50,120 nucleotides of DNA from Oscillospiraceae bacterium (GCA_028691385.1 JAQUZL010000001.1:1-50120); one strand, 5' to 3'. Shown: positions 19,348 to 28,010, counted from the stretch's first letter. Notes: generated by a model not told the origin, from the letters alone. Program-made: numbers and translations.

Positions 19348-21387
19348 ATGAGCGAAATTACACTGACGATCAACGGAAAAACGTGCGCCGGCCACCAGGG
19401 CGATTCGATTCTGCATATTGCCCAGGCCAACGGTATCACCATTCCGAATCTTTGCGCCCATGAAGCGGTTGCCCGTTATGGCGCCTGCGGCATGTGCGTG
19501 GTTGAAGTTGCTGGCAATCCCAAGCTGGTTCGTTCCTGCTCCATCGACGCGGCCGACGGCATGGTCATCCAAACCAATACCGCGCGCACCCTGCAGGCAC
19601 GCAAAATCGCCATGGAGCTGCTGATGAGCGACCATGAGGGCGACTGCGTCGCGCCGTGCTCGCTGAGCTGCCCGGCCGGCACCGACTGCCAGGGCTATGT
19701 CAAGCAGATCGCCCTGGGCGACGACCGCAAGGCGGTGGAGATCATCAAGCAGAAGCTGCCGCTGCCGGCGTCGATTGGCCGGGTCTGCCCGCATCCGTGC
19801 GAGAAGGACTGCCGCCGCCAGTATGCCGAGCAGGCTGTCTCCATTGCGATGCTCAAGCAGTTTGCGGCGGACAACGACCTTGCCTCGGCGGAGCCTTACC
19901 GCGCGGCGCTTGCCGCGCCCACCGGGAAAACGGTCGGCGTCATCGGCGGCGGCCCCGGCGGCTTGACAGCGGCATACTTTTTGGCGCTGGCAGGTCACAG
20001 CGTGACCATCTATGACGCCATGCCCAAGATGGGCGGCATGCTGCGCTACGGCATCCCCGAGTACCGCCTGCCGAAAAAGGTGCTGGACAGCGAAATCGCC
20101 GCCATCGCCGCTATGGGCGTTACCATGAAAAATGACGTCAAAATCGGCAAGGATGTGGCCTTTGACGACCTTCGCAAGGCGCATGACGCGACCTTGGTCG
20201 CCATTGGCGCGTGGAAATCCAGCGCCATCGGCTGCGTGGGCGAAGAATTGCCGGGCGTTTTGGGCGGCATCGACTTTTTGCGCGCGGTCGCGCTGGGCGG
20301 CAAGCCGGATATCGGCAAGCGCGTGGCCGTCGTGGGCGGCGGCAACACCGCCATGGACGCGTGCCGCACGGCGGTGCGTCTGGGCGCGGAAGAAGTCTAT
20401 GTGGTCTATCGCCGCACCCGCAACGAAATGCCCGCCGAGGACGTTGAGATCACCGAGGCGATGGAAGAGGGCGTCACGTTCAAGTTCCTGACCAACCCCG
20501 CCGAAATCATCGGCAAGGATGGCCGCGCGGCGGCTGTCAAGCTGCAGGTCATGGAGCTGGGCGAACCGGACGCATCCGGCCGCCGCTCGCCGGTGCCGGT
20601 CAAGGACAAGTTCGAATATCTGGACGTGGACACCGTCATCGGCGCCATCGGTCAGAAGGTCAGCCCCATCGGCTTTGAAGAAATCGCGTTGAACAGCCGC
20701 GGTATCATTGCGGCGGACGAGCACACCTATCGCACCTCGCTCGAGGGCGTCTTTGCCGTCGGCGACGCCACCAATAAGGGCGCATCCATCGCCATCGAAG
20801 CCATCGGCGAGGCCAACCGCGCCGCCGGCGTCATCGACTCCTATCTCAAGGGCGCGATGGCGGCATTTGCCGAGCCGTTCGTTTCCGAGCGTGCGGTGAC
20901 CGATGCGGTCAAGGCCATGATTGCCGAAAAGCCGAAGGCGGCGCGCGCGACGATGCCGCAGCGCGCACCGGAAGCGCGCAAGCATGACTTTGCCGAGATC
21001 AATCTGGGCCTGGCCGAGGAGGTGGCACGCGCCGAGGCGAAGCGCTGCCTGGAGTGCGGCTGCCACGATTACCACGACTGCAAGCTCATCGAGTGCGCCA
21101 ACCTGCAGGAGATTCATCCAGAGCGCGTGGCGGGCGAAAAGCACGAGGGCTACGTGGAGCAGGCGCTGGGTTGCATTGAGCGCAACCAGAACAAGTGCAT
21201 CCTGTGCAACCTGTGCGTGCGCACCTGTGACGAGGTGGCGGGCAAGGCCATTTTGGGTCTGGTGGGACGCGGCTTCAAGACCGTGATCCGGCCGGAGTTC
21301 CACGATCCTGCCGTCATCGCGGACTGCGCAAACTGCCACAAGTGTGCCGATGCCTGCCCCACGGGCGCGCTGAAGATTTTGAAATAA
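19348..21387 (+). CDS. fusion protein: NuoG/HydA-type N-terminal [2Fe-2S] domain, GltD-like NAD(P)H/FAD oxidoreductase, and C-terminal [4Fe-4S] domains
   Basis: 679 aa. Contains CAHEAVARYGACGMCVV; GVIGGGPGGLTAAYFLA and VAVVGGGNTAMDA (two dinucleotide folds); CLECGCHDYHDC, CILCNLCVRTCDE and CANCHKCADACPTGA. No H-cluster or molybdopterin motifs. Confidence 0.85.
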   Translation: MSEITLTINGKTCAGHQGDSILHIAQANGITIPNLCAHEAVARYGACGMCVVEVAGNPKLVRSCSIDAADGMVIQTNTARTLQARKIAMELLMSDHEGDCVAPCSLSCPAGTDCQGYVKQIALGDDRKAVEIIKQKLPLPASIGRVCPHPCEKDCRRQYAEQAVSIAMLKQFAADNDLASAEPYRAALAAPTGKTVGVIGGGPGGLTAAYFLALAGHSVTIYDAMPKMGGMLRYGIPEYRLPKKVLDSEIAAIAAMGVTMKNDVKIGKDVAFDDLRKAHDATLVAIGAWKSSAIGCVGEELPGVLGGIDFLRAVALGGKPDIGKRVAVVGGGNTAMDACRTAVRLGAEEVYVVYRRTRNEMPAEDVEITEAMEEGVTFKFLTNPAEIIGKDGRAAAVKLQVMELGEPDASGRRSPVPVKDKFEYLDVDTVIGAIGQKVSPIGFEEIALNSRGIIAADEHTYRTSLEGVFAVGDATNKGASIAIEAIGEANRAAGVIDSYLKGAMAAFAEPFVSERAVTDAVKAMIAEKPKAARATMPQRAPEARKHDFAEINLGLAEEVARAEAKRCLECGCHDYHDCKLIECANLQEIHPERVAGEKHEGYVEQALGCIERNQNKCILCNLCVRTCDEVAGKAILGLVGRGFKTVIRPEFHDPAVIADCANCHKCADACPTGALKILK

Positions 21388-21432
21388 TCTCGCCCGGGCG
21401 CGCGTGCCGCGCCAAGGGAAAAGGAGCGACCC

Positions 21433-21627
21433 ATGCACCATCAGCGAAAAATCACCTACTGGATCATTGCGCTCATCTGCTTTGCATTTGGCGTCAGCGA
21501 TTTCCTGCAGGCGTCCGTGGCGTCCAATCCCACCGGCGGCAGCCTGACACTGCTGCTGGCGGCGGCGTGGATGGTGTTCGGCGCGCGCGAAATCTGGTTT
21601 TTCATCAAGGATCATAAACGCAAATAA
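21433..21627 (+). CDS. small two-TM membrane protein, function unknown
   Basis: 64 aa. RBS AAAGGAG upstream. Two hydrophobic helices. Followed by a terminator. Confidence 0.55.
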   Translation: MHHQRKITYWIIALICFAFGVSDFLQASVASNPTGGSLTLLLAAAWMVFGAREIWFFIKDHKRK

Positions 21628-21665
21628 AAAACGGCCGCCGCAGCTGGGCTGCGGTGGCCGTTTTA
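21626..21665 (+). terminator. intrinsic terminator
   Basis: ACGGCCGCCGCAGC / GCTGCGGTGGCCGT stem followed by TTTTA. Confidence 0.7.
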
Positions 21666-21746
21666 CGCCAGAATTTGAGGTTGCAAAGCGCAGCCCGGTG
21701 TGACATAATAATAAACATAAAACCCAACACCCGTAAAGGAGAACGC

Positions 21747-22214
21747 ATGAAAAAATTTTTGAAAATCGGATGTCTGGCGCTCTCGGTCGCGCTGATGGCG
21801 GCAATGCTGACCGGCTGCGGCATCTTCCATAAGATTTATTTTTACGTCGATGGTGAGCAGTACTGCTATATCTGGGGCAGACAGGGCGCAACCATGAAGG
21901 ACGTGGATACCCCGACGCAGGAGGGCTATACCTTTAGCGGTTGGTTTGAGGACGAGGCGCTGACGATTCCCTATGAGTGGCCGGAAAAAATGCCGGAAGA
22001 GGACGGCAGCCTGTATGGCTCGCTGATTCCCAACGATCAGGTGAAAGAGGATACCGGCACCAAGGTGTTTCAGGACGAACAGCCGGAGCAGGCGCCGGAA
22101 ACGGTGACCGAGCCGACGGAGCAGACGCCGGAAGAACCCGTGGAGGAGCCTGCAGAGGAACCCCCCGAGGAGAAGAAGCCGAGCATTCTGGACATTGAGA
22201 ACGGCTTGCAGTGA
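21747..22214 (+). CDS. lipoprotein with a Listeria-Bacteroides (InlB B-repeat/Flg_new-like) repeat and an acidic Pro/Glu-rich tail
   Basis: ATG 21747 after AAAGGAGAA. Lipobox LTGC. Contains GYTFSGWFEDEALT. Tail is EQPEQAPETVTEPTEQTPEEPVEEPAEEPPEE. Confidence 0.75.
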   Translation: MKKFLKIGCLALSVALMAAMLTGCGIFHKIYFYVDGEQYCYIWGRQGATMKDVDTPTQEGYTFSGWFEDEALTIPYEWPEKMPEEDGSLYGSLIPNDQVKEDTGTKVFQDEQPEQAPETVTEPTEQTPEEPVEEPAEEPPEEKKPSILDIENGLQ

Positions 22215-22285
22215 TGAAATATGTGGTCGGCGTCTTTGACGCCGACCACACGGTATGCACGCGAAAACAGGAAAGGACGTGCCGC

Positions 22286-22456
22286 ATGAACCGAAAATCG
22301 GAACAGATTCTTGCCACAGCGCTGCTGTTTCTGGGACTGCTGGTGCTTGGCGTGGTCGTGGTTCAGGCCATCCCGTTTAACTATCTGGAAGCGGGAATTT
22401 TGTACCTTGCCGGCGTGATTGGCGCGGGCTTGTACTGGGTCGGAAGAGATCGTTAA
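22286..22456 (+). CDS. small two-TM membrane protein, function unknown
   Basis: 56 aa from ATG 22286 (RBS AGGAAAGGA). The start is uncertain; the ORF extends up to 22211. Confidence 0.4.
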   Translation: MNRKSEQILATALLFLGLLVLGVVVVQAIPFNYLEAGILYLAGVIGAGLYWVGRDR

Positions 22457-22611
22457 ACGGATTACCGGGCATTTTATATGGCAAAGAAGCGGCGCTGCGA
22501 TTGCATTGCGCGGCGCAACTGATTTTCGCGGTGGATTCGCGCTTGCGGCGCAAGCCGGCACGCGGCCAAGCGCCGACGCTCCATCCGCTTTCCAATGGCC
22601 GATGGCAGGGC

Positions 22612-22646
22612 AAAAAAAGAAGCTGAGATGCAGTTGCATCTCAGCT
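22612..22646 (-). terminator. intrinsic terminator of the tRNA operon
   Basis: 12-bp arms AGCTGAGATGCA / TGCATCTCAGCT immediately after the tRNA-Tyr CCA end. T-run on the minus strand (22612-22618). Confidence 0.85.
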
Positions 22647-22731
22647 TGGTGGGGGAAGGTGGATTCGAACCACCGAAGGCATAGCCAGCAGATTTACAGT
22701 CTGTCCCCTTTGGCCACTCGGGAATTCCCCC
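22647..22731 (-). tRNA. tRNA-Tyr (anticodon GTA), long variable arm, encoded CCA
   Basis: Reverse complement reads GGGGGAATTCCCGAGTGGCCAAAGGGGACAGACTGTAAATCTG...GGTGGTTCGAATCCACCTTCCCCCACCA. It has a 7-bp acceptor stem, anticodon loop CTGTAAA and T-loop TTCGAAT. Confidence 0.95.
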
Positions 22732-22754
22732 ATATGAACTTTTTTGATCTGTAA

Positions 22755-22830
22755 TGGAGCTGGTAGACGGACTCGAACCCCCGACCTGCTGATTACAAAT
22801 CAGCTGCTCTACCAACTGAGCTATACCAGC
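22755..22830 (-). tRNA. tRNA-Thr (anticodon TGT), encoded CCA
   Basis: Reverse complement reads GCTGGTATAGCTCAGTTGGTAGAGCAGCTGATTTGTAATCAGCAGGTCGGGGGTTCGAGTCCGTCTACCAGCTCCA. The cloverleaf folds, with one G-G mismatch in the T-stem. Confidence 0.9.
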
Positions 22831-22847
22831 ACTCAAGAGCGAGATTA

Positions 22848-22876
22848 ATTATATCGCGAGAATTGCAAATTGTCAA
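22848..22876 (-). promoter_or_regulatory. consensus sigma-A promoter for tRNA-Thr/tRNA-Tyr (TTGACA-17-TATAAT)
   Basis: On the minus strand, TTGACA at 22876-22871, 17-nt spacer, TATAAT at 22853-22848. Lies about 18 nt upstream of the tRNA-Thr 5' end. Confidence 0.8.
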
Positions 22877-22949
22877 GACAAAAAACACATTTTTTTGCGA
22901 ATTAAAATTCGCGGTTCGGCAAGCGCCGAACGGAAAGGGGAACAAACCG

Positions 22950-24035
22950 ATGGTAAAAACATTTGCAGCGCCCAGTAAGTACGTGCAGGGCAGAAACATT
23001 CTGGAGCACATTGAGGACTATGTCGGCTTCTTGGGCGACAAATTTCTGGTCGTGACCGACGATTTCGTCTATGGCATGACCAAGGACAAGCTGGCGCATG
23101 GCTTTCAGAAATGCGCCTATGAGGTGGAAATTTTCCACGGCGAGTGCACAGCAGAAGAAGGCAAGCGTGTTGCACAGGTCGCGCTGGACAAGGGCTGCTG
23201 CGGCCTGATCGGCCTTGGCGGCGGCAAAGCCATCGATACGGCCAAATATGCCGCCAACGAAACCGGCCTTGCCGTGGTCATCGTTCCGACCTCGGCGGCG
23301 TCCGACGCGCCCTGCACGGCCATGAGCGTGGTCTATGACGACAATGGCACGTTCGTGGTTTCCATCCGCACCCGGCATAATCCCAATGTAGTGCTGGTGG
23401 ATACCCAGATCATCGCGGAGTCTCCGGTGCGGCATCTGCTGGCCGGCATCGGCGACGCGTTTTCCACCTATTATGAGGCGCGCGCAGTCGCTGCTTCCGG
23501 CGCGGACAATTTCTCCGGCGGCAAGCACAACGAGGCGGCCTTTGCGCTCACGGAGCTGTGCAACCGGCTGCTGCTGCAATATGGCGCGGAAGCGGTGCAG
23601 TGCGTATCCCGCAAGGAATATTCCGACGCGGTGGAAAAAATTGCCGAGGCTAATATTTTCCTCAGCGGCGTGGGTGTGGAGAACAGCGGCTGCGCGCTGG
23701 CGCACGCGACCTATTCCGGCATGACCGCCACCTATGTGCCGTTCCCGGTGATGCACGGCGAGGGCGTGGCCTATGGCGTGCTGGTGCAGCTTGCGGCAGA
23801 ATATGCGCACGCGGGCGAGGTCAACCGGGCGGAGTGGAAAGAGGTCACGGATTTCTATCGCGCGGTGGGACTTCCCATGAAGCTGGAGGATCTCGGCCTT
23901 GCGGCGGACGAGCAGACCCTCCAAAAGCTGGCGGCGGCCACCTGCACCTTCCCCAACACCAAGAAGATGCCGTTTACGGTAACGCCGGAATTTTTGTTTA
24001 CGGTGCTGAAAAAACTACAAAACGACGAAATTTAA
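22950..24035 (+). CDS. gldA: glycerol dehydrogenase (iron-containing ADH family)
   Basis: ATG 22950 after GGAAAGGGGA. Colinear with GldA landmarks: SKYVQG, GGGKAIDTAKY, PTSAASDAPCTAMSVVY, AGIGDAFSTYYEARA and YLSGVGVENSG. Confidence 0.9.
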   Translation: MVKTFAAPSKYVQGRNILEHIEDYVGFLGDKFLVVTDDFVYGMTKDKLAHGFQKCAYEVEIFHGECTAEEGKRVAQVALDKGCCGLIGLGGGKAIDTAKYAANETGLAVVIVPTSAASDAPCTAMSVVYDDNGTFVVSIRTRHNPNVVLVDTQIIAESPVRHLLAGIGDAFSTYYEARAVAASGADNFSGGKHNEAAFALTELCNRLLLQYGAEAVQCVSRKEYSDAVEKIAEANIFLSGVGVENSGCALAHATYSGMTATYVPFPVMHGEGVAYGVLVQLAAEYAHAGEVNRAEWKEVTDFYRAVGLPMKLEDLGLAADEQTLQKLAAATCTFPNTKKMPFTVTPEFLFTVLKKLQNDEI

Positions 24036-24041
24036 TGAAAT

Positions 24042-24075
24042 GCGCCCGGCAGAGCCTGCCGGGCGCACGTTTTTA
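24042..24075 (+). terminator. intrinsic terminator after gldA
   Basis: GCGCCCGGCAG / CTGCCGGGCGC stem followed by acgTTTTTa. Confidence 0.75.
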
Positions 24076-24109
24076 CACCGCCGCGCATAGAATGCACGGA
24101 GGTGATTGC

Positions 24110-25423
24110 ATGACGATCCATGTGGTGACGGCGGGACAAACGCTGACCGCCATCGCCAAGGCCTATGGCATTGCGCCGGGGATTCTTGCGCGCTATAACG
24201 CGCTGCGTCCGCCCTACGCGCTGGCGGTGGGACAAAGCCTGCTGATTTTGCAGCCGACCAAGCTGCACACGGTTTCCGAGGGGGAAACGCTCGCCGGGAT
24301 TGCACGGGAATATGGCGTACCGGTGATGCAGCTGTGGCAGAACAACCCCAATTTGGAAGGAAGCGCGGCGCTCTTTCCCGGGCAGGTGCTGGTCATCGCC
24401 CTCGCGGACGCACCGACCCGGGAGATTTTCGTCAACGGCTACGCCTACCCCTTTGTCAAAGATCCGGTGCTGCGCGGCATTTTGCCCTATGCGTCGAGCC
24501 TGACGCCGTTTACCTATGGCATTGGCGCGGGCGGCACGCTGGTGCCGCTGGACGATGACCGGCTCATTGAGCGGGCGAAGCAGTATGATGCGCTGCCGCT
24601 GATGCATCTGTCCACGCTGACCGACGACGGCTCGTTTTCCAGCGATCTGGCGGGGACGCTGCTGTCCTCACAGGAGGCCATGGCGCAGCTTGCGGACAAT
24701 GTGGTGCAGACCATGCTGGCGCTGGGCTATCAGGGGCTGGATCTGGACTTTGAGTTTCTTGGGCGGGAGCGCGCCGCGGCGTATGCGGCCTTTGCCGGGA
24801 TGCTGCACCAGCGGGTCAACGCGCTGGGCTACCCACTGATCACAGCGCTCGCCCCCAAAACCTACGCGACCCAGCCCGGCGTTTTGTATGAGGGACACGA
24901 CTACGCCGCCCTGGGCGCGAATTCCGACGCCGTTCTGATCATGACTTACGAATGGGGCTATACCTATGGCCCGGCGATGGCGGTGGCGCCGCTGCAATCG
25001 GTGCGGCGGGTGCTGGAATACGCCGTGACGGAGATTGCGCCGCATAAAATCCTGATGGGATTTCCCAACTACGCCTACAATTGGACGCTGCCATACGTTT
25101 CGGGCGAAAGCCGCGCGCAGCTGATTTCAAACGAGGACGCGGTGGCGCTGGCCGTCCGGGTCGGCGCGGAGATTCGCTATGACGAAACGGCGGCCACACC
25201 CTATTTTGTCTATCGCGACGAGGGCGGCGCGACGCATGAGGTTTGGTTCGAGGACGCGCGCAGCACCACGGAAAAGCTGCGCCTGATCGAAGAATACGGC
25301 TTGGCTGGCGTGGGATACTGGAACTTTATGCGGCCGTTTGTAACGGGATTTTCCGTACAGAACGCGCTCTACCGCGCGCTGAAGGCTTCCACCAATGCGC
25401 GCGGGCGGCTGCGCAGAACATGA
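24110..25423 (+). CDS. 2xLysM + GH18 spore cortex-lytic-type hydrolase (SleL/YaaH-like)
   Basis: ATG 24110 after GGAGGTG. Two LysM repeats (VVTAGQTLTAIAKAYGI, TVSEGETLAGIAREYGV). GH18 catalytic motif GLDLDFE. Confidence 0.85.
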   Translation: MTIHVVTAGQTLTAIAKAYGIAPGILARYNALRPPYALAVGQSLLILQPTKLHTVSEGETLAGIAREYGVPVMQLWQNNPNLEGSAALFPGQVLVIALADAPTREIFVNGYAYPFVKDPVLRGILPYASSLTPFTYGIGAGGTLVPLDDDRLIERAKQYDALPLMHLSTLTDDGSFSSDLAGTLLSSQEAMAQLADNVVQTMLALGYQGLDLDFEFLGRERAAAYAAFAGMLHQRVNALGYPLITALAPKTYATQPGVLYEGHDYAALGANSDAVLIMTYEWGYTYGPAMAVAPLQSVRRVLEYAVTEIAPHKILMGFPNYAYNWTLPYVSGESRAQLISNEDAVALAVRVGAEIRYDETAATPYFVYRDEGGATHEVWFEDARSTTEKLRLIEEYGLAGVGYWNFMRPFVTGFSVQNALYRALKASTNARGRLRRT

Positions 25424-25446
25424 CGCGGCGGCAGCGGTCAGAAAAA

Positions 25447-25492
25447 CGAGAAAAGGAGAGCCTGCGTGTGCAGACTCTCCTTTTCTCGTTTG
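25447..25492. terminator. bidirectional intrinsic terminator (SleL-like gene on plus, thl-hbd on minus)
   Basis: 14-bp arms CGAGAAAAGGAGAG / CTCTCCTTTTCTCG, with a T-run on the plus side and an A-run (T-run on minus) on the other. Confidence 0.7.
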
Positions 25493-25586
25493 GGAAGGGT
25501 GAATCAATTGTAAACCTGTGGATGCGTCCGTTTATCCGCAGAACACGAGAAATTGAAACAAATCAATGAAAGAAGGAAACAGAAGA

Positions 25587-25657
25587 AGGAACATAAGTAG
25601 GAAACATAAGTAGGAAACATAAGTAGGAAACATAAGTAGGAAACATAAGTAGGAAAC
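25587..25657. repeat. 13-bp direct tandem repeat AGGAAACATAAGT: 4 perfect copies, one 12-nt copy and one partial copy
   Basis: Copies at 25587-25598 (one A short), 25599-25611, 25612-25624, 25625-25637, 25638-25650, and a partial copy at 25651-25657. Embedded in a purine-rich plus-strand tract at about 25560-25680. Confidence 0.95.
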
Positions 25658-25722
25658 GGGAAGGTTGGGATGGAAACGAGAATTTGCTGTGTTCCCGGAC
25701 GCAAATCAGGCAAGGGAAACGC

Positions 25723-26571
25723 TTATTTTGTGTAGTCGTAGAAGCCGCGGCCGGTTTTCCGACCCAGCAGGCCGGCGGCCATCATGCGCTTGAGCAGCGG
25801 AGCCGGCTTGTAGTAGGAATCGCCGGTTTCCTGATACAGCACTTCCATGACGGCGACCTGTACATCGACGCCCACCATATCAATCAGCTCCAGCGGCCCC
25901 ATGGGGAAGCCCCAGCCGAGCTTCATGGCTTTATCGACATCCTCGGCGCTGCCGGTGCCCGCGTCATAGACGTTGACGGCGGCGTTGAGCATCGGGCTGC
26001 CGATGCGATTGGCGATGAAACCGGCAGAATCCTTGGAAACAATCGGGGTTTTGCCGGTGAGGGTTGCAAACTCCTGTGCGGCGGCAACCGTCGCATCGTC
26101 CGTTTGCAGACCGCGAATCAGCTCCAACAGCTTCATGGCCGGAACCGGATTGAAGAAGTGCATTCCGATGAGGCGGCCGGGGTTTTTGACGACTGCGGAG
26201 ATCGCGGTGATGGAGATGGTGGAGGTGTTGCTGGCCAGCAGGGCGTCCGGCTGGCAAATCTCGGACAGCTGGGTAAATACGCTCTTTTTCGCGTCCAGAT
26301 TTTCCAGAATCGCCTCTACGACATAGTCCGCTTCCGCCGCGGTTTGCATTTGATCGGTGACAGTGAGGTTTGCAAAGGCGGCGTCCCGCTCCAGCTGGGT
26401 CATGTGCCCCTTTGCGACGCGTTTGTCAAGGTCTTTGGAAATACGGGCGGAGGCGCGCTCAAGCTGCACGGCGATGGTATCACAAAGATACACCTTCATG
26501 CCGGCGGTCAGGCCGATTTCGGCAATGCCGGAACCCATGGTGCCGGCGCCAAGAACGAACAGTGTTTTCAT
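25723..26571 (-). CDS. hbd: 3-hydroxybutyryl-CoA dehydrogenase
   Basis: 282 aa. Contains LGAGTMGSGIA (Rossmann fold), NTSTISIT and GRKTGRGFYDY. Confidence 0.93.
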   Translation of the reverse strand: MKTLFVLGAGTMGSGIAEIGLTAGMKVYLCDTIAVQLERASARISKDLDKRVAKGHMTQLERDAAFANLTVTDQMQTAAEADYVVEAILENLDAKKSVFTQLSEICQPDALLASNTSTISITAISAVVKNPGRLIGMHFFNPVPAMKLLELIRGLQTDDATVAAAQEFATLTGKTPIVSKDSAGFIANRIGSPMLNAAVNVYDAGTGSAEDVDKAMKLGWGFPMGPLELIDMVGVDVQVAVMEVLYQETGDSYYKPAPLLKRMMAAGLLGRKTGRGFYDYTK

Positions 26572-26584
26572 GGCGATCCTTCCT

Positions 26585-27802
26585 TTATGCTTCGAGATTT
26601 TCGACGATCATGGCCATGCCCTGGCCGCCGCCGATGCAAAGGCTTGCGCAGCCGTAGCGAACGCCGCGGCGCTTCATTTCGTAAATCAGGGTGGTGAGGA
26701 TGCGGGTACCGCTGTTGGCCAGTGCGTGGCCGTGGGCAATTGCGCCGCCGTTGACGTTGACGCGCTTGTACATTTCGGTGCCCATGTCCATGCCCAGCAG
26801 CTTCAGGCAGCCAAGCGCCTGCGCGGCAAAGGCTTCGTTCAGCTCAAACAGGCCGATGTCGGACAGCTCCAGGCCTGCCTTTTTCAGCGCCTTCGGGATG
26901 GCATATGCCGGGCCGACGCCCATGATGCGCGGATCGACGCCGACGCTCGAACTGCTGACGATGCGAACCAGCGGCTTCACGCCCAGCTCCTGCGCTTTGC
27001 TCTCGCGCATGACAACCACGCTCGATGCGCCGTCGTTCATGCCGGAGGCGTTGCCTGCGGTGACGGTGCCGGTGCCGTCAAACTTGAAGCAGGGCTTCAG
27101 CTTGGCAAGGGACGCAAGGGTCGTTTCGGGCTTCGGATGCTCGTCGGTGTCGAAGATAAAGCTGGAGCGGCGCTCCTTGACTTCGATGGGGACAATCTCG
27201 TCCTTGAACTTGCCGGCGTCGTTGGCAGTTTTCCACTTCTGCTGGCTGTCATAGGACAGTGCGTCCTGCTCCTCGCGGGTGATACCGTATTTGGCGGCAA
27301 CGTTTTCGGCGGTGAGGCCCATGTTGAGGTTCGGGTACAGCTTCGGCGGCTGCACCATGGTGACGCCGTGATTGAAGGTGTCGTAGAGCGTCTTGTCGCC
27401 CAGACGCAGCGGCTCATAGCGCGCCGACGGCGGCAGATAGAACGGCAGGCGGGACATGGTTTCCACGCCGCCGGCCATGATGATGTCCGCTTCCCCGGCG
27501 GCAATCTCATAGGTGGCGCTGACGACGGCCTGCAAAGAGGACGCGCACTGGCGATCCACTGAGTAGGCCGGAGTGGATTCCGGTACGCCGGCCAGCAGCG
27601 CGGCGCAGCGGGATACGTTGGGGATATAGCCGTACACGTCGCCCATAACCACCTGGTCGAGCTGATCGAGGGCGATGCCGGAGCGCTGGGCAGCGACCTT
27701 GATGACCTCTGCGCACAGATCCTGGGATTCGACGGTTTTCAGACTGCCGAGATAGGCGCCAACGGCTGTTCTGGCAGCGCCGGTAATGACACAACTTTCC
27801 AT
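26585..27802 (-). CDS. acetyl-CoA C-acetyltransferase (thiolase II)
   Basis: ATG 27802 after GGAGG. Contains VITGAARTAVG, DRQCASSLQAV (active Cys), NVNGGAIAHGHAL and CIGGGQGMAMIVE. The ORF-track extension to 28342 is rejected. Confidence 0.93.
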   Translation of the reverse strand: MESCVITGAARTAVGAYLGSLKTVESQDLCAEVIKVAAQRSGIALDQLDQVVMGDVYGYIPNVSRCAALLAGVPESTPAYSVDRQCASSLQAVVSATYEIAAGEADIIMAGGVETMSRLPFYLPPSARYEPLRLGDKTLYDTFNHGVTMVQPPKLYPNLNMGLTAENVAAKYGITREEQDALSYDSQQKWKTANDAGKFKDEIVPIEVKERRSSFIFDTDEHPKPETTLASLAKLKPCFKFDGTGTVTAGNASGMNDGASSVVVMRESKAQELGVKPLVRIVSSSSVGVDPRIMGVGPAYAIPKALKKAGLELSDIGLFELNEAFAAQALGCLKLLGMDMGTEMYKRVNVNGGAIAHGHALANSGTRILTTLIYEMKRRGVRYGCASLCIGGGQGMAMIVENLEA

Positions 27803-27875
27803 ATCAATATAACCTCCGTGAAGTAACAGATTCATTTGTTCAGCGCGGGTTCGCCGAAGCTTTGCTTTCTTTAAT

Positions 27876-27891
27876 AGCAACCGCCGTGCCA
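27876..27891 (-). promoter_or_regulatory. sigma-54 (-24/-12) promoter of thl-hbd
   Basis: Minus strand reads TGGCACggcggTTGCT, an exact TGGCAC-N5-TTGC match. Lies about 75 nt upstream of the thiolase ATG. Confidence 0.8.
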
Positions 27892-27946
27892 ATTCATATT
27901 TGCGGCAAAATAGGCCTGATTTTTGCCGCGATGGGCAGGAGATGCA

Positions 27947-28010
27947 CCGGAACGATACACTTTGTAATGGAACGATGTACCATGATACAAAACAAAGTGT
28001 ATCGTTCCGG
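27947..28010. promoter_or_regulatory. putative enhancer (UAS): 19-bp perfect inverted repeat carrying GGAACGATACACT half-sites
   Basis: CCGGAACGATACACTTTGT (27947-27965) and ACAAAGTGTATCGTTCCGG (27992-28010), plus a degenerate copy GGAACGATGTACC (27969-27981). Lies 56-119 bp upstream of the -24 element. Confidence 0.65.

Noticed and set aside
22897-22912. 16-bp palindrome GCGAATTAAAATTCGC upstream of gldA as an operator
   Set aside because: It is a real palindrome, but there is no adjacent regulator gene, no second copy and no identifiable gldA promoter to relate it to.
22612-22950. tRNA-associated integration site or genomic island boundary
   Set aside because: There is no integrase, no duplicated tRNA 3' segment and no compositional break. 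The flanking genes (gldA, lipoprotein) look native.
25587-25657. CRISPR array as an explanation for the direct repeats
   Set aside because: The 13-bp units are directly adjacent with no spacers, are far shorter than CRISPR repeats, and no cas genes are nearby.
25504-25713. 69-aa minus-strand ORF spanning the tandem repeat (repetitive FPTYVSYLC peptide)
   Set aside because: Its repetitive sequence is just the repeat read in one frame. It has no RBS, and the 13-bp unit shifts frame between copies apart from coincidental continuity.
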